The notes under the pieces: generated by a model
The model's database searches: none
What the model saw: the letters and a program-made list of their open reading frames with translations, nothing else
What the model was told of the DNA's origin: nothing
Program-made: the position numbers and the translations under genes
Part shown: positions 27,004 to 36,492 of the stretch, piece by piece
How the letters are laid out: each line of letters opens with the position of its first letter
Numbering within the stretch: position 1 is the stretch's first letter
Assembly (NCBI GenBank): GCA_027310565.1
Contig: DAIDAP010000037.1
Coordinates: forward strand, 256,163 to 320,162
Source of the DNA: Chloroflexota bacterium
GTDB taxonomy: Bacteria > Chloroflexota > Limnocylindria > P2-11E
Direction of reading: 5' to 3'
DNA length: 64,000 nucleotides

Positions 27004-27672
27004 GTGCTCCAGCGCGTCTCGTTCCTCGTCCCCGGCGGCGAGCTCGAGGGCGTTCTGCACCTCCCCGAGCGCGACGCCGTCGGCGGGTGCGCGGTCCTGC
27101 ACGGCTTCGGCGGGCACCCCGACCAGCCGCACGTCGTCGCGACGTGCGCCGCGCTCGCCGGCGCGGGGGTCGCCGCGCTCCGCTTCGCGTACCGCGACCA
27201 CGAGCCGCCGCGCATGACGCTCGACTCGGCGCTCGCGGACGCGGCGGGGGCGATCCGGCTGCTGAAGGCGCATCCGTCCATCCCCGAGCGACTCGGCGTC
27301 GTCGGATTCTCGTTCGGCGGCGCGGTCGCGGCGATCGCCGCCGGACGCGACTCCCGCATCCGGGCCGCGGTCCTGGCCGCGGCGCCGGCGATGGGGGCCG
27401 ACCATCCGCGCGCGGCCGGGGCGAAGTGGAAGCCCGTGGCCGAGCTCTCGCGCACCCGCGCGCGCGTGCTCCTCATCTGGGGCAGCCGCGACACCGTGGT
27501 CCCCATCGAGAACGCCGAGCGCTACCGCGCGGTCCTCTCGCAGGCGCGGGTCACGAACACGCTCGTGACGATCGAGGGCGGGGACCACGACTTCGAGCCC
27601 GCCGCCGCGCGGGAGCGGATGACGGCCGCCGTCGCGCAGTGGGTCGGCGAGAGCCTCGCGCGCGCCCGGTAG
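27004..27672 (+). CDS. Alpha/beta hydrolase
   Basis: HGFGG, GFSFGG, D.VVP, GDHDF triad. Confidence 0.85.
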   Translation: MLQRVSFLVPGGELEGVLHLPERDAVGGCAVLHGFGGHPDQPHVVATCAALAGAGVAALRFAYRDHEPPRMTLDSALADAAGAIRLLKAHPSIPERLGVVGFSFGGAVAAIAAGRDSRIRAAVLAAAPAMGADHPRAAGAKWKPVAELSRTRARVLLIWGSRDTVVPIENAERYRAVLSQARVTNTLVTIEGGDHDFEPAAARERMTAAVAQWVGESLARAR

Positions 27673-27696
27673 GATCCGATCCCCTAGGGTCGAGAG

Positions 27697-28050
27697 ATGT
27701 TCGAGCGGCTCGCGTCAGAGGACTTCGCCTATCTCACCACGACCGGCCGCAGGACGGGCCGCGCCCATCGCATCGAGATCTGGTTCGCGATGGACCGCGG
27801 CCGGGTCTACCTGCTGTCCGGCGGAGGCGCGAGCGCCGACTGGGTGAGGAACATCCGCAAGGACGGCGCGGTGCGCATCCGGGTGGGATCGCGCGCGGTC
27901 GCCGCCAGCGCGCGGATCGTGCGCGGCGCCACGGAGGATCGCCGCGCGCGCGAGCTCCTCGACGCGAAGTACATGGGCTGGAAGCCCGGCCGGCGACTCT
28001 CGTCGTGGGCGCGCGGAGCGCTGCCCGTCGCGATCGATCTGCCCGCCTAA
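27697..28050 (+). CDS. Deazaflavin (F420)-dependent nitroreductase-family protein
   Basis: LTTTGRRTG..H.IEIWF, ADWVRNI. Confidence 0.8.
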   Translation: MFERLASEDFAYLTTTGRRTGRAHRIEIWFAMDRGRVYLLSGGGASADWVRNIRKDGAVRIRVGSRAVAASARIVRGATEDRRARELLDAKYMGWKPGRRLSSWARGALPVAIDLPA

Positions 28051-28361
28051 CGAGGATCGGCGCGCTCATCCGCGCCGCGCGCGCGGCTCGTACGATGCCA
28101 CCTCGAGGACCACCTTCGCGACCGCGTCCGCGGCGCTTCGGCCGACCGCGACGAGCTGGCGGTCGGGCCGGGCGACCGCGCGGTGGCCGACCAGGTGCCG
28201 TCGTCGCGTATGGCGACGCTCACCTCGCGGATCCGCCGCTGCACCAGCCAGCTCAGCAGGGCCTCGAGCGTCGGGTCGGCACGTCTCCCGCACGATGGCC
28301 AGGGCTCGCCCACCGGATAGTCGGACACGGCGAGCCCGCGCATGACCTCGGCGCTGATCAC
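28047..28361 (-). CDS. Small hypothetical protein, possibly frameshifted
   Basis: Directly downstream of the molybdoenzyme; protein-like middle (LEALLSWLVQRRIREVSVAIRDDGTW) but low-complexity tail. Confidence 0.3.
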   Translation of the reverse strand: MISAEVMRGLAVSDYPVGEPWPSCGRRADPTLEALLSWLVQRRIREVSVAIRDDGTWSATARSPGPTASSSRSAEAPRTRSRRWSSRWHRTSRARGADERADPR

Positions 28362-28373
28362 GGCCGCGCGGGG

Positions 28374-31217
28374 TCAGCGCTTCCGGTACGCACGGAGCGC
28401 CGGCTTCACGGGACGCAGCATCCAGGAGGGTCGGCGCAGCCCACCGGGGCCGGGGCCGGGACGGGTCAGCGCGAGCCACTCGCGGTACACCGCGGTGCTC
28501 TTGGCCGTGTCGACGCTCACGTCGCCGTAGCGGTCGCCGGGATGGGCGGGCGTGATGGTCACGAGCTGGTGCCAGCAGTGGCTGCCGCTCACCGGGTCCG
28601 GGTGGACCGGGAAGGTGAGGTTCTGGTGCACGCCGGCCTCGTTCCACCACACCAGCGCCGAGTCCGGGTCGTCGCTCGGCCAGGGCGCGATGCCCTCGAT
28701 CTGCCGCAGCGTCCAGCCCTCGCCGTCGCGCTGCTCGAGCCGGACGAGCGCCGACGACCACCGGTCGCCGCCGGTCGTCGGCTGGAGCCGCCAGCGGCCC
28801 ATGTGGTGCGAGCACGCGACGATCCCCGGCCGGATCGCCTCCGTGATCCACACGCGGTTGACGAAATGGCCGATCTCGGTGCTCACGCGCAGCAGGTCGC
28901 CGAGCGCGACGCCGACCTGCGCCGCGTCGTCCGGATGCATCCAGACGGGGTTGCTGTGGCTGATCTCGTTGAGCCACTTCGCGTTCCCGCTCCGCGTGTG
29001 GATGAGCGTCGGGAGGCGGAACGTCGGCAGGAGCAGGAAGCGCCCCTTCGTCGGATCGACCGCCGTCATCGGCACGTGCCCCGGCGTGTACGAGGGCGTG
29101 TCGTACTCGGGCCACTTCCAGTCGCGCAGCGTCGGCGAGTAGAACTCGAGCTTCCCCGAGGGCGTCGGGAATCCCTGCCGCGCGACCCCGTCGACGACCG
29201 CGCCGACGACCTGCCGCGCGACGACGCCGTCCCCCTGCGGCTCGACGAGCACGCCGGGGCCGGGGAAGTACTCGACGGGCCTCGTCACCGGCGCCCCCTC
29301 ACGGACGTCCGCGCCGGCGAGCTCGTCCGGCCGCAGCTCCCGCTCGTGCGCGCGGTACACGGTCCGGTCGACCTCGACGACGCCGTAGCGCTGCATGTAG
29401 GCGAGCGGCTCGAGGCCCTGCGCCTTCGCCTTCTCGGGCAGACCGGGAACGCTGTTCTCGAAGATCCAGCGGTAGTACTCGAGCACGGTGAGCTTCTCCC
29501 CGGGGCGGTAGGGCGACTCGAACCAGCGACGGATGCCGAGCGCGCCGTCCGGGTCGATGCGCCAGGAGAGCTCGATCCAGAACTCGTCCTCCTCCCAGAC
29601 CTCGCCCGGGTTCGCCTCATAGGTGAAGCGCACCGGCTTGCCCATCCGCTCCATCGCGACGCGGCGCACCGGCTGGCGGAACCCGAGCCAGCGGCCGGCG
29701 TGCGTCTCGTAGCTGAGGGTGTCGTGGCGCTCGGGGCCCAGGCCCATCGGGAGCACGTAGTCGGCGAGCCAGGTCGTCTCGTTCCAGACCGGCGTGAGCG
29801 CCGCGTGCAGGCCGATCAGCGACTCGTCGCGGAGCACCTCGATCCAGGAGAACCCGTCGGGGTTCGTCCACACCGGGTTGTAGACCCGGGTGAAGTACGT
29901 ATCGAGCTTGCCGCGGCCCTCCTTGAGGAAGTGCGGCAGCAGGAAGCTCATCTCGTTGTGCGCGAGCGGGTACTCGTCGGGCCAGAGGAGCTCGTTCCAC
30001 ACGTCGCTCGGCTTCGGACGGATGTACGGAGCCGGGACGAGCTTGTCCCAGAGGCTCGGCGACGTGCCGCCCGGCGTGCCGACGCTGCCGGTGAGCACGT
30101 TCAGCAGGAAGAGCGCCCGCGCCACGTGCCACCCGCCGAGGTTGCCGGCGCCGGCGGCGCGCCAGTTGTGCGCGCTGAAGGCCGACCCGGCGCGCCCGAT
30201 CTCGCGCGCGATCCGCACGATCGTCGCCGCGTCGAGCCCGCTCTCGCGCTCGGCGTGCTCCGGCGTGTACTCCTTGTAGAGATCGAGGAACGCGCCGCGG
30301 AACGAGCTGAACGAGGGCTCCAGGTCCGGCCGGCGCTCGCGCAGGTACTCCTCCCAGTTCGTCCAGCGGCGGACGAACTCGGCGTCGTGGAGCTCCTCCT
30401 CGACGATCACGCGGGCCATCGCGAGCAGCACCGCGGCCTCGCTCCCGGGCCAGGTCGGCAGCCACTCGTCGGCCATCGAGGCGGTGTTCGAAAGGCGCGG
30501 GTCCATCACCGCGACGCGGCAGCCCTTGAGCTTCGCGTCGATGATCCGCTGCGCGTGCGGGTTGAAGTAGTGCCCGGCCTCCAGGTGCGCGCTGATGAGC
30601 AGGATGAAGCGCGCGTTCGCGTAGTCGGGGGACGGCCGGTCGAAGCCCATCCAGGCCGCGTACCCGGTGCGCGCGCCGGCCGAGCAGATGTTGGTGTGGC
30701 TGTTGTGCGCGTCGATGCCCCAGGCCCAGAGCACCCGGTCGACGTAGCCGTCCTCGCCCGGCCGGCCGACGTGGTACATGATCTCGTCCTTCCGGCCCTC
30801 GACGATCGCCCTGCGCATCCGGCCGGCGATGTCGTCGAGCACCGCGTCCCACGAGACGCGCTCCCACCTGCCCTCTCCGCGCTTGCCGACCCGCCGCTGC
30901 GGATGGAGCACGCGCTCCGGGTCGGTGATCTGGTTGAGCGTCGCCGGCCCCTTCGCGCACAGCCGCCCGCGCGAGGCGGGGTGCTCGGGGTTGCCCTCGA
31001 TCTTGCGGATCTCGAGCGACTCGCGGTCCACGTACGCGAGCTGCCCGCACCCGGCCTCGCAGTTGAAGCAGATGGTCGGGACGAGCATGTAGTGGTGCTC
31101 GATCTTGCGCGGCCAGGCGCGCCCCTCGTACTCGACCCAGTCGTCCCAGCGCTCCCTGGGGGGCGTCGTCGGGAACTCGCCGTGCGGTCCGGGCAGTGGC
31201 ATCTGTCGCTCCTCCAT
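28374..31217 (-). CDS. DMSO-reductase-family molybdopterin oxidoreductase catalytic subunit (no Tat signal)
   Basis: CFNCEAGC...CAKG FeS motif, RVGKRGEGRWERVSWD, HNSHTNICS, DPRLSNTA, ETTWLADYVLP, PTPSGKLEF, HTRSGN, WMHPDDA. Confidence 0.92.
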   Translation of the reverse strand: MEERQMPLPGPHGEFPTTPPRERWDDWVEYEGRAWPRKIEHHYMLVPTICFNCEAGCGQLAYVDRESLEIRKIEGNPEHPASRGRLCAKGPATLNQITDPERVLHPQRRVGKRGEGRWERVSWDAVLDDIAGRMRRAIVEGRKDEIMYHVGRPGEDGYVDRVLWAWGIDAHNSHTNICSAGARTGYAAWMGFDRPSPDYANARFILLISAHLEAGHYFNPHAQRIIDAKLKGCRVAVMDPRLSNTASMADEWLPTWPGSEAAVLLAMARVIVEEELHDAEFVRRWTNWEEYLRERRPDLEPSFSSFRGAFLDLYKEYTPEHAERESGLDAATIVRIAREIGRAGSAFSAHNWRAAGAGNLGGWHVARALFLLNVLTGSVGTPGGTSPSLWDKLVPAPYIRPKPSDVWNELLWPDEYPLAHNEMSFLLPHFLKEGRGKLDTYFTRVYNPVWTNPDGFSWIEVLRDESLIGLHAALTPVWNETTWLADYVLPMGLGPERHDTLSYETHAGRWLGFRQPVRRVAMERMGKPVRFTYEANPGEVWEEDEFWIELSWRIDPDGALGIRRWFESPYRPGEKLTVLEYYRWIFENSVPGLPEKAKAQGLEPLAYMQRYGVVEVDRTVYRAHERELRPDELAGADVREGAPVTRPVEYFPGPGVLVEPQGDGVVARQVVGAVVDGVARQGFPTPSGKLEFYSPTLRDWKWPEYDTPSYTPGHVPMTAVDPTKGRFLLLPTFRLPTLIHTRSGNAKWLNEISHSNPVWMHPDDAAQVGVALGDLLRVSTEIGHFVNRVWITEAIRPGIVACSHHMGRWRLQPTTGGDRWSSALVRLEQRDGEGWTLRQIEGIAPWPSDDPDSALVWWNEAGVHQNLTFPVHPDPVSGSHCWHQLVTITPAHPGDRYGDVSVDTAKSTAVYREWLALTRPGPGPGGLRRPSWMLRPVKPALRAYRKR

Positions 31218-32749
31218 CAGCTGAGCGGGACCGCCTGGCCCGCGCGGATCCACGAATCCTCGTACGCGAGGAGGCCGAGCAGCGCGGCGAGCGCGGCGGC
31301 GACGGCGAGCCCGGACGTGATCCCGGCACCGAGCGAGGCGAGCGCGAGGGCGACCGGCAGCGCGACGCCGAGGGCGACCGCGCCGACCCAGAAGCGCGCC
31401 GCGGTCGCGCCGTGCGTCATGGCGCGGGCGGCGAGACGCACGTCGTTGCTCGCGTGGGGCGTGACGAGCTCGGCCGCGACGAAGAGCGCGTGGAGCGCGG
31501 CGCCCGCGACGATGGCCACGAAGAGCGGCGGGAGCGCGTCGGTCGCGCCCATGGCCGCGGCGGCGACGACGAGGACGGCCGCGCCGGCGAGGGCCGCCTG
31601 GACCACGAGGTGCAGCGGCAGGAGCGGCGACTGCCAGAAGTCCCGTCCCTCGGCCTGACCGAAGAGGAAGCCGCTGTAGCCGGCGGCCGCGGCCGCGAAC
31701 GCGATGCCCGCCAGCCCCAGCGGCGCCACGAAGCCGGCCAGCCCGAGGACGATCGCGGCGCCCCAGAGGAACGCGAGGCCGCTGAAGACCATGAGGATGT
31801 AGGCGCCCCAGACCAGCCAGGAGCGCGGATTCGGCCTGAACACCAGGTAGAGGAAGCGCTCGGGCCGCTTGAGGTCCCACACGAGCAGCGCCACGGTCGC
31901 CAGCGCGAAGAGGAGCGCGATGGCCGCCGCGACGACGCCGAACGGCTCGCGCGCCGTCCCGCCGAGCGCGAGCACCGCGGCGACGCCGAAGGCGCCGGAC
32001 GAGATCGACTTCGTCCAGAGGTAGCTCGAGACGCGCCACCCCCACGGCGCCGGATGCGCGACGTCGTACACGTCGCGCGCGGTGCCCTCGGCCATCGAGA
32101 TGCGCTGGGGGGACGGGACGGCCGGCGCCGCCCCACCGTGTCCGTCGGGGAGCTGGCCCCACATCGTGACCCCGTCGCGCCGCGAGAGGTTCGGCGTGAG
32201 CGTGAGGGCGTCGGCGGCGATGTAGAAGAGCTTCGGCTGCGTCCCCTGCTCGGGCTTGCGCACGTGCACCGGCTCGCGCGCGATGAGCCGGCTGATCGAG
32301 CTCTCGGGGTCGTCGAGGTCGCCGGAGACGATGGCCGTCTCCGGGCACACGATCTCGCACGCCGGCTTCAGCCCGACGTCCACGCGGTGCGCGCAGAAGT
32401 TGCACTTCATCGCGGTGTGCTCGCGCGGGTCGATGTACAGCGCGTCGTACGGGCAGGCCTGCATGCAGGACTTGCAGCCGATGCAGCGGCTCGTGTCGAA
32501 GTCGACGATGCCGTCGGGCCGCCGGAAGAGCGCCTTCGTCGGGCAGATCGCGACGCACGGCGCGTCCTCGCAGTGGTTGCAGCGCAGGACGGTGAAGTGC
32601 CGGCGGGTGTTGGGGAACTCCCCCTTCTCGATGTACTTCACCCACGTGCGGAAGACCCCGAGCGGGACGTCCTGCTCCTGCTTGCACGCGACCGTGCAGG
32701 CGTGGCAGCCGATGCAGCGCCGCTGGTCGATGAGGAAGCCGAAGCGCAC
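31217..32749 (-). CDS. Fused 4x[4Fe-4S] (NrfC/PsrB) and NrfD/PsrC membrane subunit
   Basis: CIGCHACTVAC, CNHCEDAPCVAICP, CIGCKSCMQACP, KCNFC; then WGWRVSSYLW, DLKRPERF, SWLVWG and TM helices. Confidence 0.92.
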   Translation of the reverse strand: MRFGFLIDQRRCIGCHACTVACKQEQDVPLGVFRTWVKYIEKGEFPNTRRHFTVLRCNHCEDAPCVAICPTKALFRRPDGIVDFDTSRCIGCKSCMQACPYDALYIDPREHTAMKCNFCAHRVDVGLKPACEIVCPETAIVSGDLDDPESSISRLIAREPVHVRKPEQGTQPKLFYIAADALTLTPNLSRRDGVTMWGQLPDGHGGAAPAVPSPQRISMAEGTARDVYDVAHPAPWGWRVSSYLWTKSISSGAFGVAAVLALGGTAREPFGVVAAAIALLFALATVALLVWDLKRPERFLYLVFRPNPRSWLVWGAYILMVFSGLAFLWGAAIVLGLAGFVAPLGLAGIAFAAAAAGYSGFLFGQAEGRDFWQSPLLPLHLVVQAALAGAAVLVVAAAAMGATDALPPLFVAIVAGAALHALFVAAELVTPHASNDVRLAARAMTHGATAARFWVGAVALGVALPVALALASLGAGITSGLAVAAALAALLGLLAYEDSWIRAGQAVPLS

Positions 32750-32902
32750 CGCCTAATCAGCCAGGCGGACGCGCACGGCGGCGAGACGGAGCCGGGCCGC
32801 ACGCCAGCGGGTGCGCGCGAGCGCGACGGCCCGGTCGACCATCCCCCACCCGAGCGGCGCGACGAGCGCGTACGGCACCGGGCAGCGCGTCATCACGACC
32901 TC

Positions 32903-33110
32903 CTAGAATGCCAGGGTGATGTCGGCGTCGCTCGCGTAGGACAGGAACGCCGCCGCGCCGCAGATGTCCTGGCTGCCCTCGATGAAATCGTCGGCCTCGT
33001 AGCCGAAGACCTTCATCGTCATCGCGCAGGGGAACAGCTTCACGCCGGCCTCGACCGCGAAGTCCGTGAGCTCGCCGATCGGCGCTACCTCGAGCGACCC
33101 GTCTGCGCAC
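32903..33110 (-). pseudogene. C-terminal part of a DsrE/DrsE_2-family sulfur carrier
   Basis: VAPIGEL..FAVEAGVKLFPCAMTMKVFG...DFIEG...GAAAFL..A.DADITL; typical N-terminal half absent. Confidence 0.65.
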
Positions 33111-33141
33111 TCCTTGATACGGATACGCGTACGTGCGCAGA

Positions 33142-33151
33142 TGGTCAGACC
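33142..33151. promoter_or_regulatory. GntR/FadR operator box
   Basis: TGGTCAGACC identical to the boxes at 6566 and 6590 and to the reverse complement of 12831. Confidence 0.5.
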
Positions 33152-33180
33152 GCACATGCCATGATGTCGAGTATGTCCGC

Positions 33181-33948
33181 ATGACCGAGGCGCTGGTCGT
33201 CCTGGCCGCGCTGGTGGCGTCGTTCCTATCCGGCCTCCTGGGGATCGGCGGCGGGATCGTCCTGGCCCCGCTGCTCCTCTACGGCCCCGGCCTGGTGGGC
33301 GAGCCCGACCTCGCCGTGAAGACCGTCACCGGGCTCACCGTGGTCCAGGCCCTCGCCGGCAGCCTCCTGGGCTCCTGGCGGCACCGCTCGTACGGGCACG
33401 TGTCGCGCGAGCTCGTGGTCGCGATGGGGCCGGCGAGCGCGCTCGGCGCCCTCGCGGGCGCGCTCGTCTCGGGCGGCAGCTCGGACCGCGTCCTGCTGGC
33501 GGTCTTCGCGGCCATCTCGTTCGCCGGCGCCCTGCTCCTGCTGCTCCCGCCACCGCAGCCACCGCCGACCGGCGACGGCCACAACGTCCCGCTGGCCGTG
33601 GCGATCGCGAGCGGCCTCGGCGTGCTGGGCGGCATGGTGGGAGTGGCCGGCATCGCGTCCATCATCGCCGCTCTCGTGTACGTGCTGCGCGTCCCGGCCC
33701 GCGTCGCGATCGGCACGAGCCTGGGCGTGGGCCTGTTCGGCGCCGTCGCCGCGCTCGTGGGGAAGGCGGCGACCGCGCAGCTCGACCTCGGGCTCGGGCT
33801 CCTCGTTCTCGTCGCCGCGGTGGCCGGCTCCCCCGCCGGCGCCTGGCTGAGCATGCGCTCGCGCCCGCGGATCCTGCTCGTGACGCTCGCGGTCATCGTG
33901 GCCGCGAGCGGAGCGCGCATCGGCTGGAGCGCGGCGTTCGGGGTCTGA
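33181..33948 (+). CDS. TauE/SafE sulfite exporter family protein
   Basis: SGLLGIGGGIVLAP, second repeat GGMVGVAG, AIGTSL. Confidence 0.85.
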   Translation: MTEALVVLAALVASFLSGLLGIGGGIVLAPLLLYGPGLVGEPDLAVKTVTGLTVVQALAGSLLGSWRHRSYGHVSRELVVAMGPASALGALAGALVSGGSSDRVLLAVFAAISFAGALLLLLPPPQPPPTGDGHNVPLAVAIASGLGVLGGMVGVAGIASIIAALVYVLRVPARVAIGTSLGVGLFGAVAALVGKAATAQLDLGLGLLVLVAAVAGSPAGAWLSMRSRPRILLVTLAVIVAASGARIGWSAAFGV

Positions 33949-33970
33949 TGCGCGTCGACGAAGCTCGCTC

Positions 33971-35503
33971 TTACGGGCCCTCGTGGTCGTCGTCGGGGAC
34001 GAGCGCGACCGAGTTCGAGAGCGGGTTCAGCGTGCAGTCCGAGCACTCGAGGACGTCGCCGTATTGCCCGCCCCAGAAGCCGCGGATCTCGCTTCCGCTC
34101 ACGAGGCCTTCGTAGAAGGTGAACGGCGCCACGGTGAAGAGATGGACCCGGTCGATCTTTTCGTTCCCGTTCGGGTCGACGTTCGAGCAGTCCGACCCGT
34201 CGCCGATGAGGCTCCACTCCTCGCCGGGCTGACCGGGCGAGTAGGTCTCGGCGCAGTCCCACAGGAACACGATGACGACGAGCCCCTTCCCGTACGGCTT
34301 CCCGGACTTGGTGAACCGGTCCGAGAACGGCGCGTTCGGGTCGCCTTCGCGCTGGATGAGCGAGCGCATGTTGTCCGCGATGTTGTCGCCGAGGTTCCCC
34401 GACGCGAGCGACGTCTCGACCCAGTCGCCCGTCAGCGCGTTGCCCTCGCCGCACGAGGGCGCGAGGTCCGGCCGGCTCTCGTCGTCGCACACGGCACGCT
34501 CGGTGAGCGGCGACGGCTGTTCCTGACCCTCCGGCAGGCTCGCGGAGTCCCACGCCTCGGTCAGCGAAAGCTCGCCGAGGAACGAGTAGTAGAACCAGTT
34601 CGGGATGTCGCACGTCTTGTCGTACTGCTGCGGGTCGTGGCTGCCGGCGGTGTCCCACGGGCCACCGCAGTTGCCCTGGTCGGGCTTGTCCGGCCCATTG
34701 CTGTAGTCCGTCTTCGCCTCCGCGCCGGTGCCGCTCTGATCCCATGACGCGGTCAATTGCGGGACTTCGCCACCCAAGCGCGTCGAGTACCGGGACGGGT
34801 CGATGAGGCCCTTGAAGCTCCCGTAGACGACGTCGTCCTCCCGCGATGACCAAAAGACGGTGGGCTCGACCTCCGTCGGGTCGCAGTCGCCCGGCACGCA
34901 CGGGTTGTCGAAGTCGGCCGGGTCGTAATGGCGCACCATCGGCCAGATCGGGCCCGCGAAGGACGGGACGTTCCCCGAGATTTGTGCCCGGGCGGAGGCG
35001 GCCGCGTCGATCGCCGGCCGCCCGATCACCGACGCCACGAGCGACCGGTACGTCGTGGAGACCGCCACGCGGACGTACACGGTGTCGCCCGGGACGATCT
35101 GGCTACCCGCAGGATCGTCGCAGACGCCGAGCGCCGAGGCGGCCGAGGTCCACACGATCGGATCGGTGTCGCTGCCGAACTGTAGGGTGAACTCCGTCGT
35201 GCTCTCGCGGATCTGGAACGCGTCGTTCGCGTCCACGAAGCGCTTCGCCTCGCACCAGACGTCCTCGCCGTGGACGGCGAACGCGATCCGGTCGTCGACC
35301 AGGATCACCGATGTCGCCAGCTGCCGCGCCGCCCCGAGGGCCGCTGCGTCGGCGGCGGTCTGCAGGACGCGGCGCTGGGTCAGGCCGTAGCCCCAGTCGA
35401 CCGCGAGGGCGAGCGCCCCCAGCAGGACGACGATCGACAGGGCGACGACGACCATCGACTGCCCGGCCTCGGACCCTGTGAGCCGCTTCGTGAGCGATCG
35501 CAC
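33971..35503 (-). CDS. tadG: TadG-like pilus protein
   Basis: GQSMVVVAL...ALAVDWG......LQTAADAAALGAA Tad N-terminal motif; Cys/acid-rich C-terminal domain. Confidence 0.8.
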   Translation of the reverse strand: MRSLTKRLTGSEAGQSMVVVALSIVVLLGALALAVDWGYGLTQRRVLQTAADAAALGAARQLATSVILVDDRIAFAVHGEDVWCEAKRFVDANDAFQIRESTTEFTLQFGSDTDPIVWTSAASALGVCDDPAGSQIVPGDTVYVRVAVSTTYRSLVASVIGRPAIDAAASARAQISGNVPSFAGPIWPMVRHYDPADFDNPCVPGDCDPTEVEPTVFWSSREDDVVYGSFKGLIDPSRYSTRLGGEVPQLTASWDQSGTGAEAKTDYSNGPDKPDQGNCGGPWDTAGSHDPQQYDKTCDIPNWFYYSFLGELSLTEAWDSASLPEGQEQPSPLTERAVCDDESRPDLAPSCGEGNALTGDWVETSLASGNLGDNIADNMRSLIQREGDPNAPFSDRFTKSGKPYGKGLVVIVFLWDCAETYSPGQPGEEWSLIGDGSDCSNVDPNGNEKIDRVHLFTVAPFTFYEGLVSGSEIRGFWGGQYGDVLECSDCTLNPLSNSVALVPDDDHEGP

Positions 35504-35778
35504 GACAGCGATCCTTTCGCCGGGCGGGGCGCGTGCCAATACCGTGAACTGCGGATGCCGAGATGCCCGACCGCATCACGGTTCAGCGCGACGAATACGT
35601 GCGACACACGAAAGATCAGTGCGACGATACGTCGCGAGCGGGCACTCGACTTTCGCGCTCGCCCTACTGATTCTCCCGTACGAATTCGCGGCGACGAGGT
35701 CGTGGGGCAAAGACGTGCGCGACTTCACGACGTTCGGCACTCGTCGCGGCCGGTCGCACCGCGGCAACGTTCACGATC

Positions 35779-36441
35779 ATGATCCTGGTCTTCGATCGTG
35801 AGGGCTCCATCTTCCAGCAGCTGCGCGACCTCGACCTGAATCTCCCGCTCTGGCGCGTGAGCGATCCCTCGCGCCTGGACCGCACCAACGACATCGACCT
35901 CGCGATCGTGGCCACGCGGGACCAGCTGCCCTGGGACCTGATGACGAACGCGGACCGGCCCTTCGACACCGTCGTGCTCACGGACCGGTACGACGCCGAC
36001 GAGGCTCTCGAGGCCGCGCTCCACGGGGTCGTCGGCTACCTCGACGCGAGGGCGCCGGCGCCGCTCCTCCGGCGCTCGATCCAGGCGATCCTGCGCGGCG
36101 AGCCCGGATTCACCCGCGCGACGCTCGGTCAATGGGTCCGGCGCCAGCGCTCCTGCTCTCGCGCGCGCCTCAGCTACCGCGGTCTCACCGAGCGCCAGCG
36201 CGAGGTCCTCCGCCTCGTCGCGGATGGTCTCGCCGACAAGGAGATCGCGCAGCGGCTGGGCATCGCGACCGCGACCGCGCAGAAGCACGTGACCAACATC
36301 CTCGAGCGCCTCGGTGTCTCGAATCGCGCGGCCGCGGCGGCGGCGATCTGCTGGCAGGGGCTGGAGGCGCTGTGCTCCACCTGCGAGCGGCCCGCGAGCG
36401 CGTCGGATGCGCGGCCTCGTCTCATGCCCAGCATCGCGTAG
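35779..36441 (+). CDS. NarL/LuxR-family regulator with degenerate receiver
   Basis: LTERQREVLRLVADGLADKEIAQRLGI...QKHVTNILERLGVSNR. Confidence 0.88.
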   Translation: MILVFDREGSIFQQLRDLDLNLPLWRVSDPSRLDRTNDIDLAIVATRDQLPWDLMTNADRPFDTVVLTDRYDADEALEAALHGVVGYLDARAPAPLLRRSIQAILRGEPGFTRATLGQWVRRQRSCSRARLSYRGLTERQREVLRLVADGLADKEIAQRLGIATATAQKHVTNILERLGVSNRAAAAAAICWQGLEALCSTCERPASASDARPRLMPSIA

Positions 36442-36492
36442 CGGCCAGATTTCGGTATTTACCCCGACACGCGCGATGACGACGCTCATCGC

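Noticed and set aside
28374-32687. Apparent giant fusions from the ORF track (1437 aa here; also 52316..56149, 18283..20331, 7835..10477, 1522..3555)
   Set aside because: The N-terminal parts are off-frame read-through over the neighbouring gene; internal starts with RBS or stop/start overlap exist.
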